From a virus (Duplodnaviria > Caudoviricetes), in IMG/VR virus record IMGVR_UViG_3300046660_000364, positions 2,201-66,200 of that record: a stretch of 64,000 nt of DNA; one strand, written 5' to 3'. Shown one piece after another: positions 45,228 through 53,720 of this stretch. Each line of letters begins with the position of its first letter. Position 1 is the stretch's first letter. Both the position numbers and the translations under genes were made by a program. Under the pieces are notes generated by a model. The model was not told where the DNA came from and ran no database searches. It was given only the letters and a program-made list of their open reading frames with translations.

Positions 45228-45443
45228 ATGGCCCATCACCACGTCTCGGCAAGCTGCGAGGGCGAACGCTGCACGGCCTGCGGCGCACCGGCCAGCCACA
45301 AGGTGGGCGAGGAAATCCAGTGGGACGATCCGCAGCCGAACCGCCACAACCTGACGGCCTACTTGTGCTGCTTCCACTTCGCCAAGGTGTTCGGGCCTGC
45401 CGCGCCGTGCGCAGTGCTGGCCGACCACCAGGGGGCGCAGTGA
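45228..45443 (+). CDS. Small Cys/His-rich protein
   Basis: C..CG.PA.HKVGEEI..RHNLTAYLCC.HF. Confidence 0.65.
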   Translation: MAHHHVSASCEGERCTACGAPASHKVGEEIQWDDPQPNRHNLTAYLCCFHFAKVFGPAAPCAVLADHQGAQ

Positions 45444-45634
45444 AGCTCAAGCCCGACACCATCCTGCCGACGCCCGAGGAAGATGCCGCGATCACGGCTG
45501 CTGCCCTGGCCGACCCTGATAATCCACCGCTGACCGACGCCGAGCTGGCGCAGTTCCGTCCATCCCGCTGCCAGCGTTGCGGCAAGATGCTGGCCCTGAC
45601 TGGCCCGCACGTTCACACCTGCACCCCAGCATGA
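45440..45634 (+). CDS. BrnA-type antitoxin N-terminal fragment fused to a CxRCGK..VHTCTP finger
   Basis: PTPEEDAAITAAALADPDNPPLTDAELAQFRP then CQRCGK..HVHTCTP. Confidence 0.6.
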   Translation: MKLKPDTILPTPEEDAAITAAALADPDNPPLTDAELAQFRPSRCQRCGKMLALTGPHVHTCTPA

Positions 45635-45891
45635 GCCGCAATCAACGAGAGGGCCGGTACGTCGGGACCTTCCGGGGCAAGCAAGTGCGGCGCCGTGCGC
45701 TGCTGCCTGCCCTGATGGTTGGCGATGCGGAGCTGTTCCCGCCGTCCGTGCCCTTCCCCGACAACGGGATCGCCTGGCTGACCATGAACCAGCGCAGCCC
45801 GGTGGAGCCAGTCCTGCCGCTGCGCATCCGCTACCGCAGCAAGGACAGGACCGCCGAGGTGGTGCTGGAGAGGGCCGGGCATGACGACTAG
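45631..45891 (+). CDS. SRNQREGRY-leader small protein 2 (86 aa)
   Basis: ATGA coupling; MSRNQREGRYVGTF. Confidence 0.7.
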   Translation: MSRNQREGRYVGTFRGKQVRRRALLPALMVGDAELFPPSVPFPDNGIAWLTMNQRSPVEPVLPLRIRYRSKDRTAEVVLERAGHDD

Positions 45892-46036
45892 CCGGAACCA
45901 GAGGGAAGGTCGCTACGCCGGCAAGCTGTACGGGCAGCACTGGCGCAGCCGGTTCTATCATGGCCCTGGTCACTACAACGCGGTGATGACGCCGTACGTC
46001 GAGGCGGTCATGCGCAGCAAGCGGAAGTGGCGATGA
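45881..46036 (+). CDS. SRNQREGRY-leader small protein 3 (51 aa)
   Basis: Manual translation MTTSRNQREGRYAGKLYGQHWRSRFYHGPGHYNAVMTPYVEAVMRSKRKWR. Confidence 0.65.
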   Translation: MTTSRNQREGRYAGKLYGQHWRSRFYHGPGHYNAVMTPYVEAVMRSKRKWR

Positions 46037-46206
46037 CCAGCCGGAACCAGCGCGAGGGCTACTACGTCGGCCACAGTGAGGGCCGTGCGGTGCGCTGGCG
46101 TCTCGCCCTGGTCAGGCGGGTGCGCAGTGCCAAGGCCAGGGCGATCCTGCGCCGCCGCAGCTACGCTGCCTACGGCCTGGTGATCCGGGCCGAGAGCATC
46201 GGGTAG
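46033..46206 (+). CDS. SRNQREGYY-leader small protein 4 (57 aa)
   Basis: Manual translation MTSRNQREGYYVGHSEGRAVRWRLALVRRVRSAKARAILRRRSYAAYGLVIRAESIG; ATGA coupling. Confidence 0.65.
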   Translation: MTSRNQREGYYVGHSEGRAVRWRLALVRRVRSAKARAILRRRSYAAYGLVIRAESIG

Positions 46207-46335
46207 CTCGGCTGGTGGAGGCGGCATCTACCGAACCCGAACCCTGGTCCCCCTATGACAGCAGGGTCTCGGGACGGTTCGCACTGGCACCGATACCCAC
46301 AACGATACCCCCGCTGCGCCGGCCGGACGTAGAAA

Positions 46336-46366
46336 CGCCCTCGGCACTGGGTAAGTACCGAGGGCG
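46336..46366. terminator. Hairpin between convergent transcription units
   Basis: cgccctcggcact-gggta-agtaccgagggcg stem; only a short U tract on the minus strand. Confidence 0.45.
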
Positions 46367-46408
46367 CTTGCCGCTCCCCCCGAAGCAGTGGAGCCAGTAT
46401 AGCGCCTG

Positions 46409-46981
46409 TCAGGCGTGGCCGTCGAGGTATCGGTAGAGGGTCATGCGGCTGATCCCGTACTCCCTGGCCAGCGCGGCCTTGGAGATCGCCGGATCGGCAG
46501 CGCGCTGGCGCAGCTCCTGCACGGTCGCTCCGTCGAGGGTGGGCTTCCTGCCCTTGTACTTGCCCTTGCGCTTGGCGATGGCGATCCCTTCGGCCTGCCG
46601 CTCGCGGATCATGGCCCTCTCGAACTGTGCGACAGCACCCAGCAGCCCGAGCAGCAGCTCGTTCATCGGGTTGGCCTCACCCGAGAAGGTCAGGTTCTGC
46701 GCGGTGAACGTCACGGTGACACCATCCTCGGTCAGGCGGTGCACCATCAGCAGCAGATCGTGCAGGTTCCTGGCCAGGCGGTCCATGCTGTGCACGAACA
46801 GCGTGTCGCCGTCCCGCACGTAGTCCAGCATCGCCTTCAACTGCGGCCTGTTCGTCGTGCCGCCGCTGCACTTGTCCTCGAACACCTTGTCCAGCTCGAC
46901 GCCGTCCAGCTGGCGCTCCGTGTTCTGGTCCGTGGTCGACACCCGCACGTACCCGATCCGCTTCCCTGGTCCCTTGCTCAT
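46409..46981 (-). CDS. Serine recombinase (resolvase/invertase family)
   Basis: IGYVRVST.DQ, SMDRLAR, AQFER.MIRERQ.EG, GRKP, C-terminal HTH; GAGGAGG RBS. Confidence 0.95.
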   Translation of the reverse strand: MSKGPGKRIGYVRVSTTDQNTERQLDGVELDKVFEDKCSGGTTNRPQLKAMLDYVRDGDTLFVHSMDRLARNLHDLLLMVHRLTEDGVTVTFTAQNLTFSGEANPMNELLLGLLGAVAQFERAMIRERQAEGIAIAKRKGKYKGRKPTLDGATVQELRQRAADPAISKAALAREYGISRMTLYRYLDGHA

Positions 46982-46999
46982 GGCTACCCTCCTCGGTGG

Positions 47000-47120
47000 T
47001 TGTGTACCACTAGAGTGTAGACCACAAGCGCATAGTGTCAAGCTAGGCGGAACACCATCCTATTGTTACTGGTCGAGTCCTGGCCTGCGCCCCGTAACAC
47101 ATGAATGTACCCATGTGTTA
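47000..47120. promoter_or_regulatory. Candidate res-like binding region upstream of the recombinase
   Basis: AT-richer segment with inverted repeat taacacatg-N8-catgtgtta (47095-47120) and weaker imperfect repeats. Confidence 0.5.
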
Positions 47121-48734
47121 TACCCCGTCCGCGTAGGTTTCCGGTTCCAGGGCACGCTCGTCGATGATGATCGGCGGGACCGGGGACATGTCGTACAGGC
47201 GGCTGGTCGCGTCGATGAGATCCTTCTTGGAGGAGAAGGGATAGGTCAGGTATTCCTCAAGGAAACCTTTGTTGAGCGAGTACAGGTTGCCTTCGTGGTC
47301 GCGGCGCATGATCGGTTTGAAGATGCGGAAGGCCTGCCCCTGTTCCTTGATGCGGCGCTGGTTCGCGGTCTCGCCCTGCACCACCGCGGCCAAGTAGAAC
47401 CTGCGCGAGATGAAGTCGGGCTGGAGCCTTTGCACCCTGTCGTCCTTGGCCTGGGCACCGTCGGAGGTCCAGGCCAGCTCGACGATCTCGAAGGCTTCCT
47501 TGTCGCGTTGCATCTGCTCCTCGAAATACTCCAGGTCGCTCTGCATGCCATATCGCTCGTAGCCGATGTAGACGGCCTGCACACCGGGCTGGGCCGTCCA
47601 GTACCGCCGCAGCCCTTTGAGCGCCTCCCAGCGTTCCCGGAGGCCCATTTTGTGCCGGTATCCGTCCAGCAGGTAGCGGTTGCCGCCGCTGTCGACGCCG
47701 ACCACGGCCATGGCGGTGTTGTCCGACCCCTTCTTCTTCGAGTTGGCCGGGTCGCACATGATGTACACGTTCAATGTGGCCGGCCTGATGTCGATGAACG
47801 AGAGCCATTCCTTCTTGAACATGGCCTCGTTGCCGGCGGCAGGATTCATCAGCTGCTGGCAGGCAATCGTCGCGGGACCCTGGGCCAGCTTCTTCGCCTC
47901 CCACGCCTCCTGGTTGAGGAACACCGGCGTGCCGTTCGGCGTGCCGTCCACCGTGGCAGGGTACAGGCGCACCGTCAGGATCTTGCGGTCGATGATCTCC
48001 TGATATGTATCCTGGAAACTGTAACGTGTCCCAACGTGCCATGCACGGACCTTGCCGTCCTCGCCCCTCGCGCCCAGGTTGTCGCTGAGTTCCCACGCGC
48101 TGGTGGTTTTGTTGACCTGATCCGGCGTGCTGACGGACTCGCGGGTGACGACGTCGTCATAGACGCGCAGCAGAAAGTGCGCGCCGGTGGGTTGCCCATC
48201 GACAAGGCCGTGGCTCTCGACAGTCGCTTCTTTGGGATTTGATTTCCTGCATACAACAATCCCTTTCTCCTCACTCCACTTGGGGGATTGCGCCCTGGGG
48301 TCAGCGTAGAAGATGTTGGGGTAGGTCGCCTGTAGATCCTTGTTGGCCTCAAGCTCCTGCTTGATCTGCAACATGAATTTCCGGGCCACCGGCTTGGTAT
48401 GCGAGAAGATCCCGATCGTGATCTCGGGGTCCTTGATGATCTCCTGGATGATGCCGGCGAAGGTAATGATCGTGCTCTTGTAATGCTCGCGTGCCCATAG
48501 ATCCAGGCATCCATCGGGCTTGGCCTCGACCTCGCGGCAGCGTGCGTACAGCCAGGGGTGGATCGCGTCGAGCCGGTGCAGCAGGCGCGTGAGCAGGTAG
48601 AAGCGGTCATGCCTGCCGAGCCACGCCTTGCCCTCCATGCCGTACTGGCTCTCGATCACCTCCCACAGGTCCGCCACGGCCTCGAAGGGGGCGGCGTGCA
48701 GGGTGGTGCTGAATTCGTCAGGCAGGGACAGCAC
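47118..48734 (-). CDS. terL: Terminase large subunit
   Basis: AREHYKST Walker A, YDDVV Walker B, GTRY coupling motif, CDPA..SD nuclease motif, C-terminal DLIDA. Confidence 0.9.
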   Translation of the reverse strand: MLSLPDEFSTTLHAAPFEAVADLWEVIESQYGMEGKAWLGRHDRFYLLTRLLHRLDAIHPWLYARCREVEAKPDGCLDLWAREHYKSTIITFAGIIQEIIKDPEITIGIFSHTKPVARKFMLQIKQELEANKDLQATYPNIFYADPRAQSPKWSEEKGIVVCRKSNPKEATVESHGLVDGQPTGAHFLLRVYDDVVTRESVSTPDQVNKTTSAWELSDNLGARGEDGKVRAWHVGTRYSFQDTYQEIIDRKILTVRLYPATVDGTPNGTPVFLNQEAWEAKKLAQGPATIACQQLMNPAAGNEAMFKKEWLSFIDIRPATLNVYIMCDPANSKKKGSDNTAMAVVGVDSGGNRYLLDGYRHKMGLRERWEALKGLRRYWTAQPGVQAVYIGYERYGMQSDLEYFEEQMQRDKEAFEIVELAWTSDGAQAKDDRVQRLQPDFISRRFYLAAVVQGETANQRRIKEQGQAFRIFKPIMRRDHEGNLYSLNKGFLEEYLTYPFSSKKDLIDATSRLYDMSPVPPIIIDERALEPETYADGV

Positions 48735-49263
48735 TGGTCCCCACCGGCTGTTGCAGACGCTTCTTGAACGCGGCCCGCAGCTCGTCGAATCCATCGCTCA
48801 CGGCGACGGTGACATTGGTGCTGCTGTCCTCGGGTTCGTCCAGCTCGCGGATCTTGCGGATCGTCTCGACGGCCAGCTTGTTCGCCTCGCAGATGGTCTT
48901 GACATCTTTGGGGTGGTCGACGCTGTCCACCATCGTGAGCAGCTTGTCCATCGCCTTGCGGGCCACCGCGAGACCAGTCGTCATGTCCTTCACATCCTGG
49001 CTGGCCTCATCCACCTGGATCTGACGAATCGCCTCGTCACTCGTCAGTGCGTTCGTCACCTGTTCGTCAAGCGATACGCCCGACATTGCTTCCCGGACAA
49101 GTTCGCGCTTAATATCGCTGGTGCCTTTGATCCAGCCCTGCTTCTTGGCGTACCTGCGCAGGGTCGGTTCGGGGATCGCGTGCTTGGTGGCCAGGGCGTT
49201 GATGCTGTACCCGCCTGCCGCGTAGTCGATCTCCGCAGCGGCGAAATCGTATGGGGTGGTCAT
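48718..49263 (-). CDS. terS: Putative terminase small subunit
   Basis: N-terminal HTH (Y..G..S...LA....I...TLRR.AKKQGW); directly upstream of terL. Confidence 0.7.
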   Translation of the reverse strand: MTTPYDFAAAEIDYAAGGYSINALATKHAIPEPTLRRYAKKQGWIKGTSDIKRELVREAMSGVSLDEQVTNALTSDEAIRQIQVDEASQDVKDMTTGLAVARKAMDKLLTMVDSVDHPKDVKTICEANKLAVETIRKIRELDEPEDSSTNVTVAVSDGFDELRAAFKKRLQQPVGTSAVPA

Positions 49264-49308
49264 GAGCTGTCCTTTGTGCGCGAGGGGCTACGCAATCGTG
49301 TGCCTATG

Positions 49309-49325
49309 TATAGCATCATGCTATA
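49309..49325. promoter_or_regulatory. Palindromic operator-like site in the divergent terS/radC intergenic region
   Basis: tatagcat-c-atgctata, perfect 8-bp arms. Confidence 0.55.
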
Positions 49326-49380
49326 TACTGTGCATGTGGGTGTGTGTGCCCGCGTCCCCCTACTTGAACGGAGCCAACTT

Positions 49381-49884
49381 ATGAGTGTTCACAACAATGT
49401 CGTGCAGCTTGCGCCGGTGCCACCGCGCCCGGACACCCGCCGGCAGCGCGAGGATGCAACCATCCGGCGCGCCCTGTCGATCCTGTCGAACCGCATGCGC
49501 GCACCCGGCACGCTGCTGACCAGCCCGGCCACGGCGCGCGACTATGTGCGCCTCTACGCGGGGGAGCTGGAGCATGAGGTCTTTCTGGTGCTGTTCCTCG
49601 ACCCGCAGCACCGCCTGATCGCGCGGGAGGAGCTGTTCCGGGGCACCCTGACGCAGACCAGCGTGCACCCGCGCGAGGTGGTCAAGGCCACGCTGCACTA
49701 CAACGCGGCTGCGGTCCTGCTGGCGCATAACCACCCGTCCGGCTGCATCGACCCAAGCGAAGCGGACAAGCGGATCACCAATGCGCTGTCGCAGGCGCTT
49801 GCACTGATCGACGCCCGCGTGCTGGACCACATCATCGTCACCGCTAACCAGTCGTACTCGTTCGCCGACCACGGCCTTATCTGA
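49381..49884 (+). CDS. radC: RadC-like JAB domain protein
   Basis: [39 protein letters not shown]. Confidence 0.92.
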   Translation: MSVHNNVVQLAPVPPRPDTRRQREDATIRRALSILSNRMRAPGTLLTSPATARDYVRLYAGELEHEVFLVLFLDPQHRLIAREELFRGTLTQTSVHPREVVKATLHYNAAAVLLAHNHPSGCIDPSEADKRITNALSQALALIDARVLDHIIVTANQSYSFADHGLI

Positions 49885-49901
49885 CTGAGAGGAGATCCAC
49901 C

Positions 49902-50105
49902 ATGAAATCGCACCGCGAAACCTATCCTGACCAGTACCGCCACCCCTTCTGCGGCAAGGCGGTCGTTGTCGATACCGGCAAGTTCCGCACGGAGGGCATC
50001 TTCGAGCGCAGCGTCATGACGCGCTTTGGCACCCTGGCGATCCTTGAAGGCTCGACCGACGGCTACCTGTTGGCCCATGTGAAGCTCAAGGACAACCCGG
50101 CCTGA
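49902..50105 (+). CDS. Hypothetical protein
   Basis: GAGGAG RBS, 67 aa. Confidence 0.65.
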   Translation: MKSHRETYPDQYRHPFCGKAVVVDTGKFRTEGIFERSVMTRFGTLAILEGSTDGYLLAHVKLKDNPA

Positions 50106-50110
50106 CGGCA

Positions 50111-50170
50111 CCAGTGTCAGCACCTCTCGCGGGGTGTTGACGCGGGGATCGTCCCGGCAACCATGAGGGG
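50111..50170 (+). ncRNA. Repeated double-hairpin cis element, copy 1
   Basis: CCA-GTGTCAGCACCTC/tcgc/GGGGTGTTGACGC-GGGGATCGTCCCG-GCAACC-RBS. Confidence 0.65.
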
Positions 50171-50177
50171 AAACGTC

Positions 50178-51104
50178 ATGCTTGAGAAACGACTTGTCGC
50201 TGCCGTGCGCGACATCATCAGGAGTTCCGACGCCGACGACGGCGCGGCGCTCGCCAACGCGATCCAGCAGGCCCGCACGCTGGTCGAGAACCCGCCCGCC
50301 TACGACACCGATCAGGCGGTACTCGACAACTTCCTCACCGCCCTGGCCGATCTCGGGTTCGGCGACGAGGACACGCCGGTCAACGGCGGCGACTGTGTGG
50401 ACTACATCTGCGAGTATTGGGACCGTCTCGCGCCCCTCGCCTCGGAATGGCCGCTCCCGCCCGAATTGGCCCAGGTGCGCACCCGGCTGAACGTGGGCAC
50501 CCGCGTGCTGTCGGTCGAGGGCGAGACCTCCGACACCGACCAGGGCGAACAGGCCACCGGCCCGCACGCCATCGGCACCATCACCGGGATCGACGACACC
50601 GTCGAGCATGGGATCTGCGTGGCGTTCGAGCCGTCCGGCGTTTCGGTGCTGCTGTCCTGCGCCGAGCTGGCCGACGATCTGAAGTACGAGATCGACCCGG
50701 AGGCCTACTACCCCAGCCGCGAGGCCGTGGTCGAAGCGGTCGAACGCATGCTGGCCCATGAGGGGAATTACGAGCTGGCCGTGCGCGTGGTGGCGAACAT
50801 GATCGAACAGGGGCAGGTCGAGCACACCGAGCACGGTTACATGATCGAGCGCGACACCAACGTGTTCGAGATTGCGGCCGACCTGTCGCGGGAGGATCTG
50901 CCCGACTCCTACCCGCCCGAGCTGGCGATCTCTGACCGCCACCTGACCGCCGACCAGTTGTTCACGAAGTACAGCACCAAGCGGGACAACGGCGAGCATC
51001 CGCAGTACCTGCGCCGCGACTGGCGGCACGATGTGGCCGAGGACAACACGCTCCTGGGCTACTGGCAATGGGTCGAGCACCAGCTTGAACAGGACCGCGA
51101 CTGA
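50178..51104 (+). CDS. Hypothetical acidic mosaic protein
   Basis: Coding-like; C-terminal GEHP.Y.R.DW...V....TLLGYWQWV motif. Confidence 0.7.
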   Translation: MLEKRLVAAVRDIIRSSDADDGAALANAIQQARTLVENPPAYDTDQAVLDNFLTALADLGFGDEDTPVNGGDCVDYICEYWDRLAPLASEWPLPPELAQVRTRLNVGTRVLSVEGETSDTDQGEQATGPHAIGTITGIDDTVEHGICVAFEPSGVSVLLSCAELADDLKYEIDPEAYYPSREAVVEAVERMLAHEGNYELAVRVVANMIEQGQVEHTEHGYMIERDTNVFEIAADLSREDLPDSYPPELAISDRHLTADQLFTKYSTKRDNGEHPQYLRRDWRHDVAEDNTLLGYWQWVEHQLEQDRD

Positions 51105-51105
51105 A

Positions 51106-51166
51106 CCAGTCTGAGCGCCTTGTCCGCAGGGCGCTCAGGCGGGGGCCGTCCCCGTCAACCGAGGAG
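51106..51166 (+). ncRNA. Repeated double-hairpin cis element, copy 2
   Basis: CCA-GTCTGAGCGCCTTG/tccg/CAGGGCGCTCAGGC-GGGGGCCGTCCCCG-TCAACC-GAGGAG. Confidence 0.65.
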
Positions 51167-51172
51167 AACAAC

Positions 51173-51664
51173 ATGCCTGTCTACAGCTTCATCACCACCA
51201 TCACAGCGCCAGACCGCGAGGCTGCGGAGGCCGCAGCATCGGAAATCCGCGTCTCTGCCGAAGAAGGGATCGAGGCCGCGATCCAAGACGAGGAGGTGCC
51301 CGAGGGCGTCGAAGTCGAGCACGGCGAACTGGTCGGCGACAGCCTGTTCGGCTATCTGGACCTGTCCACCGCCCACCTGACGCCGGGCACGCGCGAGCGC
51401 CTGAACTTCTACGGCGACGATCCGGGCCGCAGCGTTGACGGCCTGCGCCTGCGTCTGGCGAACTCTGGCTGGCCCGCCATGAGCATCGCCCCCTACGAGC
51501 ACGGCTGGTTCGTGACCGTGCCCGACAAGAAGGAACAGGACCTGTCCGGCCTGCCCGAGGATCTGGCCGCTGTCATGCACTACGCCCAGGTCGCCGGTGC
51601 GTATGTCGTCCGCTTCGACAGCGATGGCCACACCGTGGACGATCTGTCCGTCTACGAGGAGTGA
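51173..51664 (+). CDS. DUF5983-like protein
   Basis: LDLSTAHL..YEHGWFV..LPEDL..V..YA...G...VRFDSDG. Confidence 0.7.
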   Translation: MPVYSFITTITAPDREAAEAAASEIRVSAEEGIEAAIQDEEVPEGVEVEHGELVGDSLFGYLDLSTAHLTPGTRERLNFYGDDPGRSVDGLRLRLANSGWPAMSIAPYEHGWFVTVPDKKEQDLSGLPEDLAAVMHYAQVAGAYVVRFDSDGHTVDDLSVYEE

Positions 51665-51666
51665 CC

Positions 51667-52113
51667 ATGCCCAAGAAAACTTACCGCGTCGTCTACAACG
51701 GCGTCGAGTACACCCGCCAGACCGAGCGCATCTACACGCACATCGTGCTGGTGCGGCGCGACTACGAAACCGAGCTGGCTCAGAGCATCAAGACTGCCCG
51801 CGAGCGTGCCAGGGCCAGCCACGGCTATGCGGTCGAGCACGCCAACCAGCCCATCACCGCGAAAAGCTGGGCCACGGCGGACGAGCTGGCCGAGAGTGCG
51901 CGTGTCGCCGGCATGACGCCCGAGCAGTACGAGGCCGAGTGCGTCGAGAAGGCCCGCGCCTACGTCGAGAAGCGCCGCGCCGCAGGGGTGTTCGACAACC
52001 CCGGCCCGCTCACATGGTGCGGCAGGCCGGATCTGGCCGCGAAGGAGGAAGCCAGGGCGCGCAGCAGCGGGTATTGGGCCGAGGTCGTCACCGTGCCGGT
52101 GCCGCAACCCTGA
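51667..52113 (+). CDS. Hypothetical protein
   Basis: GAGGAG RBS; TR.T.R.YTH.V..WCGR.DLA. Confidence 0.7.
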   Translation: MPKKTYRVVYNGVEYTRQTERIYTHIVLVRRDYETELAQSIKTARERARASHGYAVEHANQPITAKSWATADELAESARVAGMTPEQYEAECVEKARAYVEKRRAAGVFDNPGPLTWCGRPDLAAKEEARARSSGYWAEVVTVPVPQP

Positions 52114-52118
52114 CCATG

Positions 52119-52177
52119 CCAGTCTCAGCGTCTCCGCAAGGGGGCGCTCAGGCGGGAATGGTCCCGACTACAGGAGG
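52119..52177 (+). ncRNA. Repeated double-hairpin cis element, copy 3
   Basis: CCA-GTCTCAGCGTCTCC/gcaa/GGGGGCGCTCAGGC-GGGAATGGTCCCG-ACTAC-AGGAGG. Confidence 0.65.
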
Positions 52178-52182
52178 ATGCG

Positions 52183-52914
52183 ATGACGACACCGAAAGAT
52201 CCGCTGGCCCGGCTGGTCCAAGCCGCGCTGGCCTACGACAAGAAGATCATGGACGCCGAGGCCGTGCCGACCGCCGACGACTACAACGAACTGCTCGACA
52301 TGGTGAAGGCCTACGCGCCGCTGCCGATCACCGCGCCCGAGCAGGAACCGCGCGTATCGACCGTCTACGAGTGCCAGGAGTGCGACTGGACCGGCACCCT
52401 GGACGACGTCAACGGCATCCACCATATCCACCACATTGAGGAGTACCTCGAACCGGGCGATCTGACGCCGGCTGGCGTGTGCCCGGAGTGCAGGGCCGTG
52501 ATCGGGGTCGAGGACCCGGACATTCCGCACCACACCCTGTATCACGTCGGCGTCACCATGCGCATGCGCGGCTGGACCGTGATCCCGCCCGCCGACTGTC
52601 CACCGCTGCCCTCGCCCACCGTACCTGCTGGCGGGTTCACCGAAGGGCCGTGGCATGTCGAGCCGACCGAGGGCAACCCGAACAGCCTGTCGATCTGCAA
52701 GGCGGGCTACGGCATCATCGCCGAGATCAACCGCGACGATGAGCCGCTGGTCGATCTCGACCACCACGACGCGGCCCTGATCGCCGCTGCGCCGGGCCTC
52801 GCCAACGCCGTGCGCGACTGCCTGAACGCCTACGACAAGTTCCGCGACCTGCCCTGGGGCACGCTGCGCCGGGCCTATGCCGCTATCTTCCCCCAACCGA
52901 AACAAGGAGCCTGA
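52183..52914 (+). CDS. Mosaic early-type protein with Zn ribbon and TxGPW..LIAAAP domain
   Basis: CQEC..PAGVCPEC; FTEGPW..AALIAAAPGL. Confidence 0.7.
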   Translation: MTTPKDPLARLVQAALAYDKKIMDAEAVPTADDYNELLDMVKAYAPLPITAPEQEPRVSTVYECQECDWTGTLDDVNGIHHIHHIEEYLEPGDLTPAGVCPECRAVIGVEDPDIPHHTLYHVGVTMRMRGWTVIPPADCPPLPSPTVPAGGFTEGPWHVEPTEGNPNSLSICKAGYGIIAEINRDDEPLVDLDHHDAALIAAAPGLANAVRDCLNAYDKFRDLPWGTLRRAYAAIFPQPKQGA

Positions 52915-52916
52915 GC

Positions 52917-53219
52917 ATGAGCAATCAATTCAACCTCGCCTGCCCGGAGTGCGGCAGCACCGACGAGCTGGACATCGCCGCGACCGTATGGGTCCGCCTG
53001 ACCGCTGACGGCACGGACGCCGACGAGTCGCACGACGGCAGCCACGAATGGGGCGACAGCAGCGCCTGCCACTGCAACCAGTGCGGCTGGGATGGGACCG
53101 CAGGGCAAGCGGACGCGGACTGTGCCGAGGGCACGCACTCGTGGATCGACGAGACCGGCCTACTGCCGCCCGACACCGCCTGCACCCGCTGCGGCGCGCT
53201 GTACGGCCACCCGGACTGA
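52917..53219 (+). CDS. Multi-CxxC zinc-binding protein
   Basis: CPECGS, CNQCGW, CTRCG; AAGGAG RBS. Confidence 0.7.
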   Translation: MSNQFNLACPECGSTDELDIAATVWVRLTADGTDADESHDGSHEWGDSSACHCNQCGWDGTAGQADADCAEGTHSWIDETGLLPPDTACTRCGALYGHPD

Positions 53220-53224
53220 CAGGG

Positions 53225-53285
53225 CCAGTGCCAGCGCCTGCCGCGTGCGGGCGCTGGTGCGGGAATTGTCCCGGCAACCAAGGAG
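53225..53285 (+). ncRNA. Repeated double-hairpin cis element, copy 4
   Basis: CCA-GTGCCAGCGCCTGC/cgcgt/GCGGGCGCTGGTGC-GGGAATTGTCCCG-GCAACC-AAGGAG. Confidence 0.65.
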
Positions 53286-53291
53286 AGAGCA

Positions 53292-53717
53292 ATGGACCTG
53301 CACCAGACCGCGATCACGGCGGCATTCGTGATGGATGGGCTGCACCAAGCCGACCTGAAAGAGGTCATGTCCCACTACATCGGCGACGGTGGCCTGCTCG
53401 AAGTGGTCGACGACGTCATGCAGTGGGTCCCGGCGATCACGGCGCTGCGTGCCGCTGCCGACCGGCTGCGCCCCGACTATCCCGGCGTGTTCGAGTACGA
53501 GGTGTCCAGCGAGTTCGGCAAGTGGCTGGGCAACAACATCATCGACGAAGGCGACCTGCCCGACCGTGGGCACGCCATGAGCATGCTGATCGACGCCGTG
53601 GAGTCGTTCTATCGCCTGAACGGGCCGGAGCACCGCGACCAGCGCCGCCGCCTGCGTGCCAACCTGGACGCCGCCGCCGACCTCATCATGGCACCTGCCG
53701 CCAGCGAGGGGACCTGA
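53292..53717 (+). CDS. Hypothetical protein
   Basis: 141 aa; PGVFEYEV..FGKWL motif. Confidence 0.7.
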   Translation: MDLHQTAITAAFVMDGLHQADLKEVMSHYIGDGGLLEVVDDVMQWVPAITALRAAADRLRPDYPGVFEYEVSSEFGKWLGNNIIDEGDLPDRGHAMSMLIDAVESFYRLNGPEHRDQRRRLRANLDAAADLIMAPAASEGT

Positions 53718-53720
53718 CCC

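Noticed and set aside
48628-49380. N-terminal 250 aa of track ORF 48628..49884
   Set aside because: Antisense to terS; the RadC-like protein starts at 49381 after a GGAG RBS.
49381-49884. RadC JAB domain as the protease cleaving the portal GG motifs
   Set aside because: An ordinary RadC-clade protein in a separate early-type operon; nothing in the sequence links it to head assembly.
50111-53285. The four repeats as a CRISPR array, integron attC sites or terminators
   Set aside because: Spacing is ~1 kb with whole genes between and no cas genes; no RYYYAAC/GTTRRRY ends and no integron integrase seen; no U tracts.
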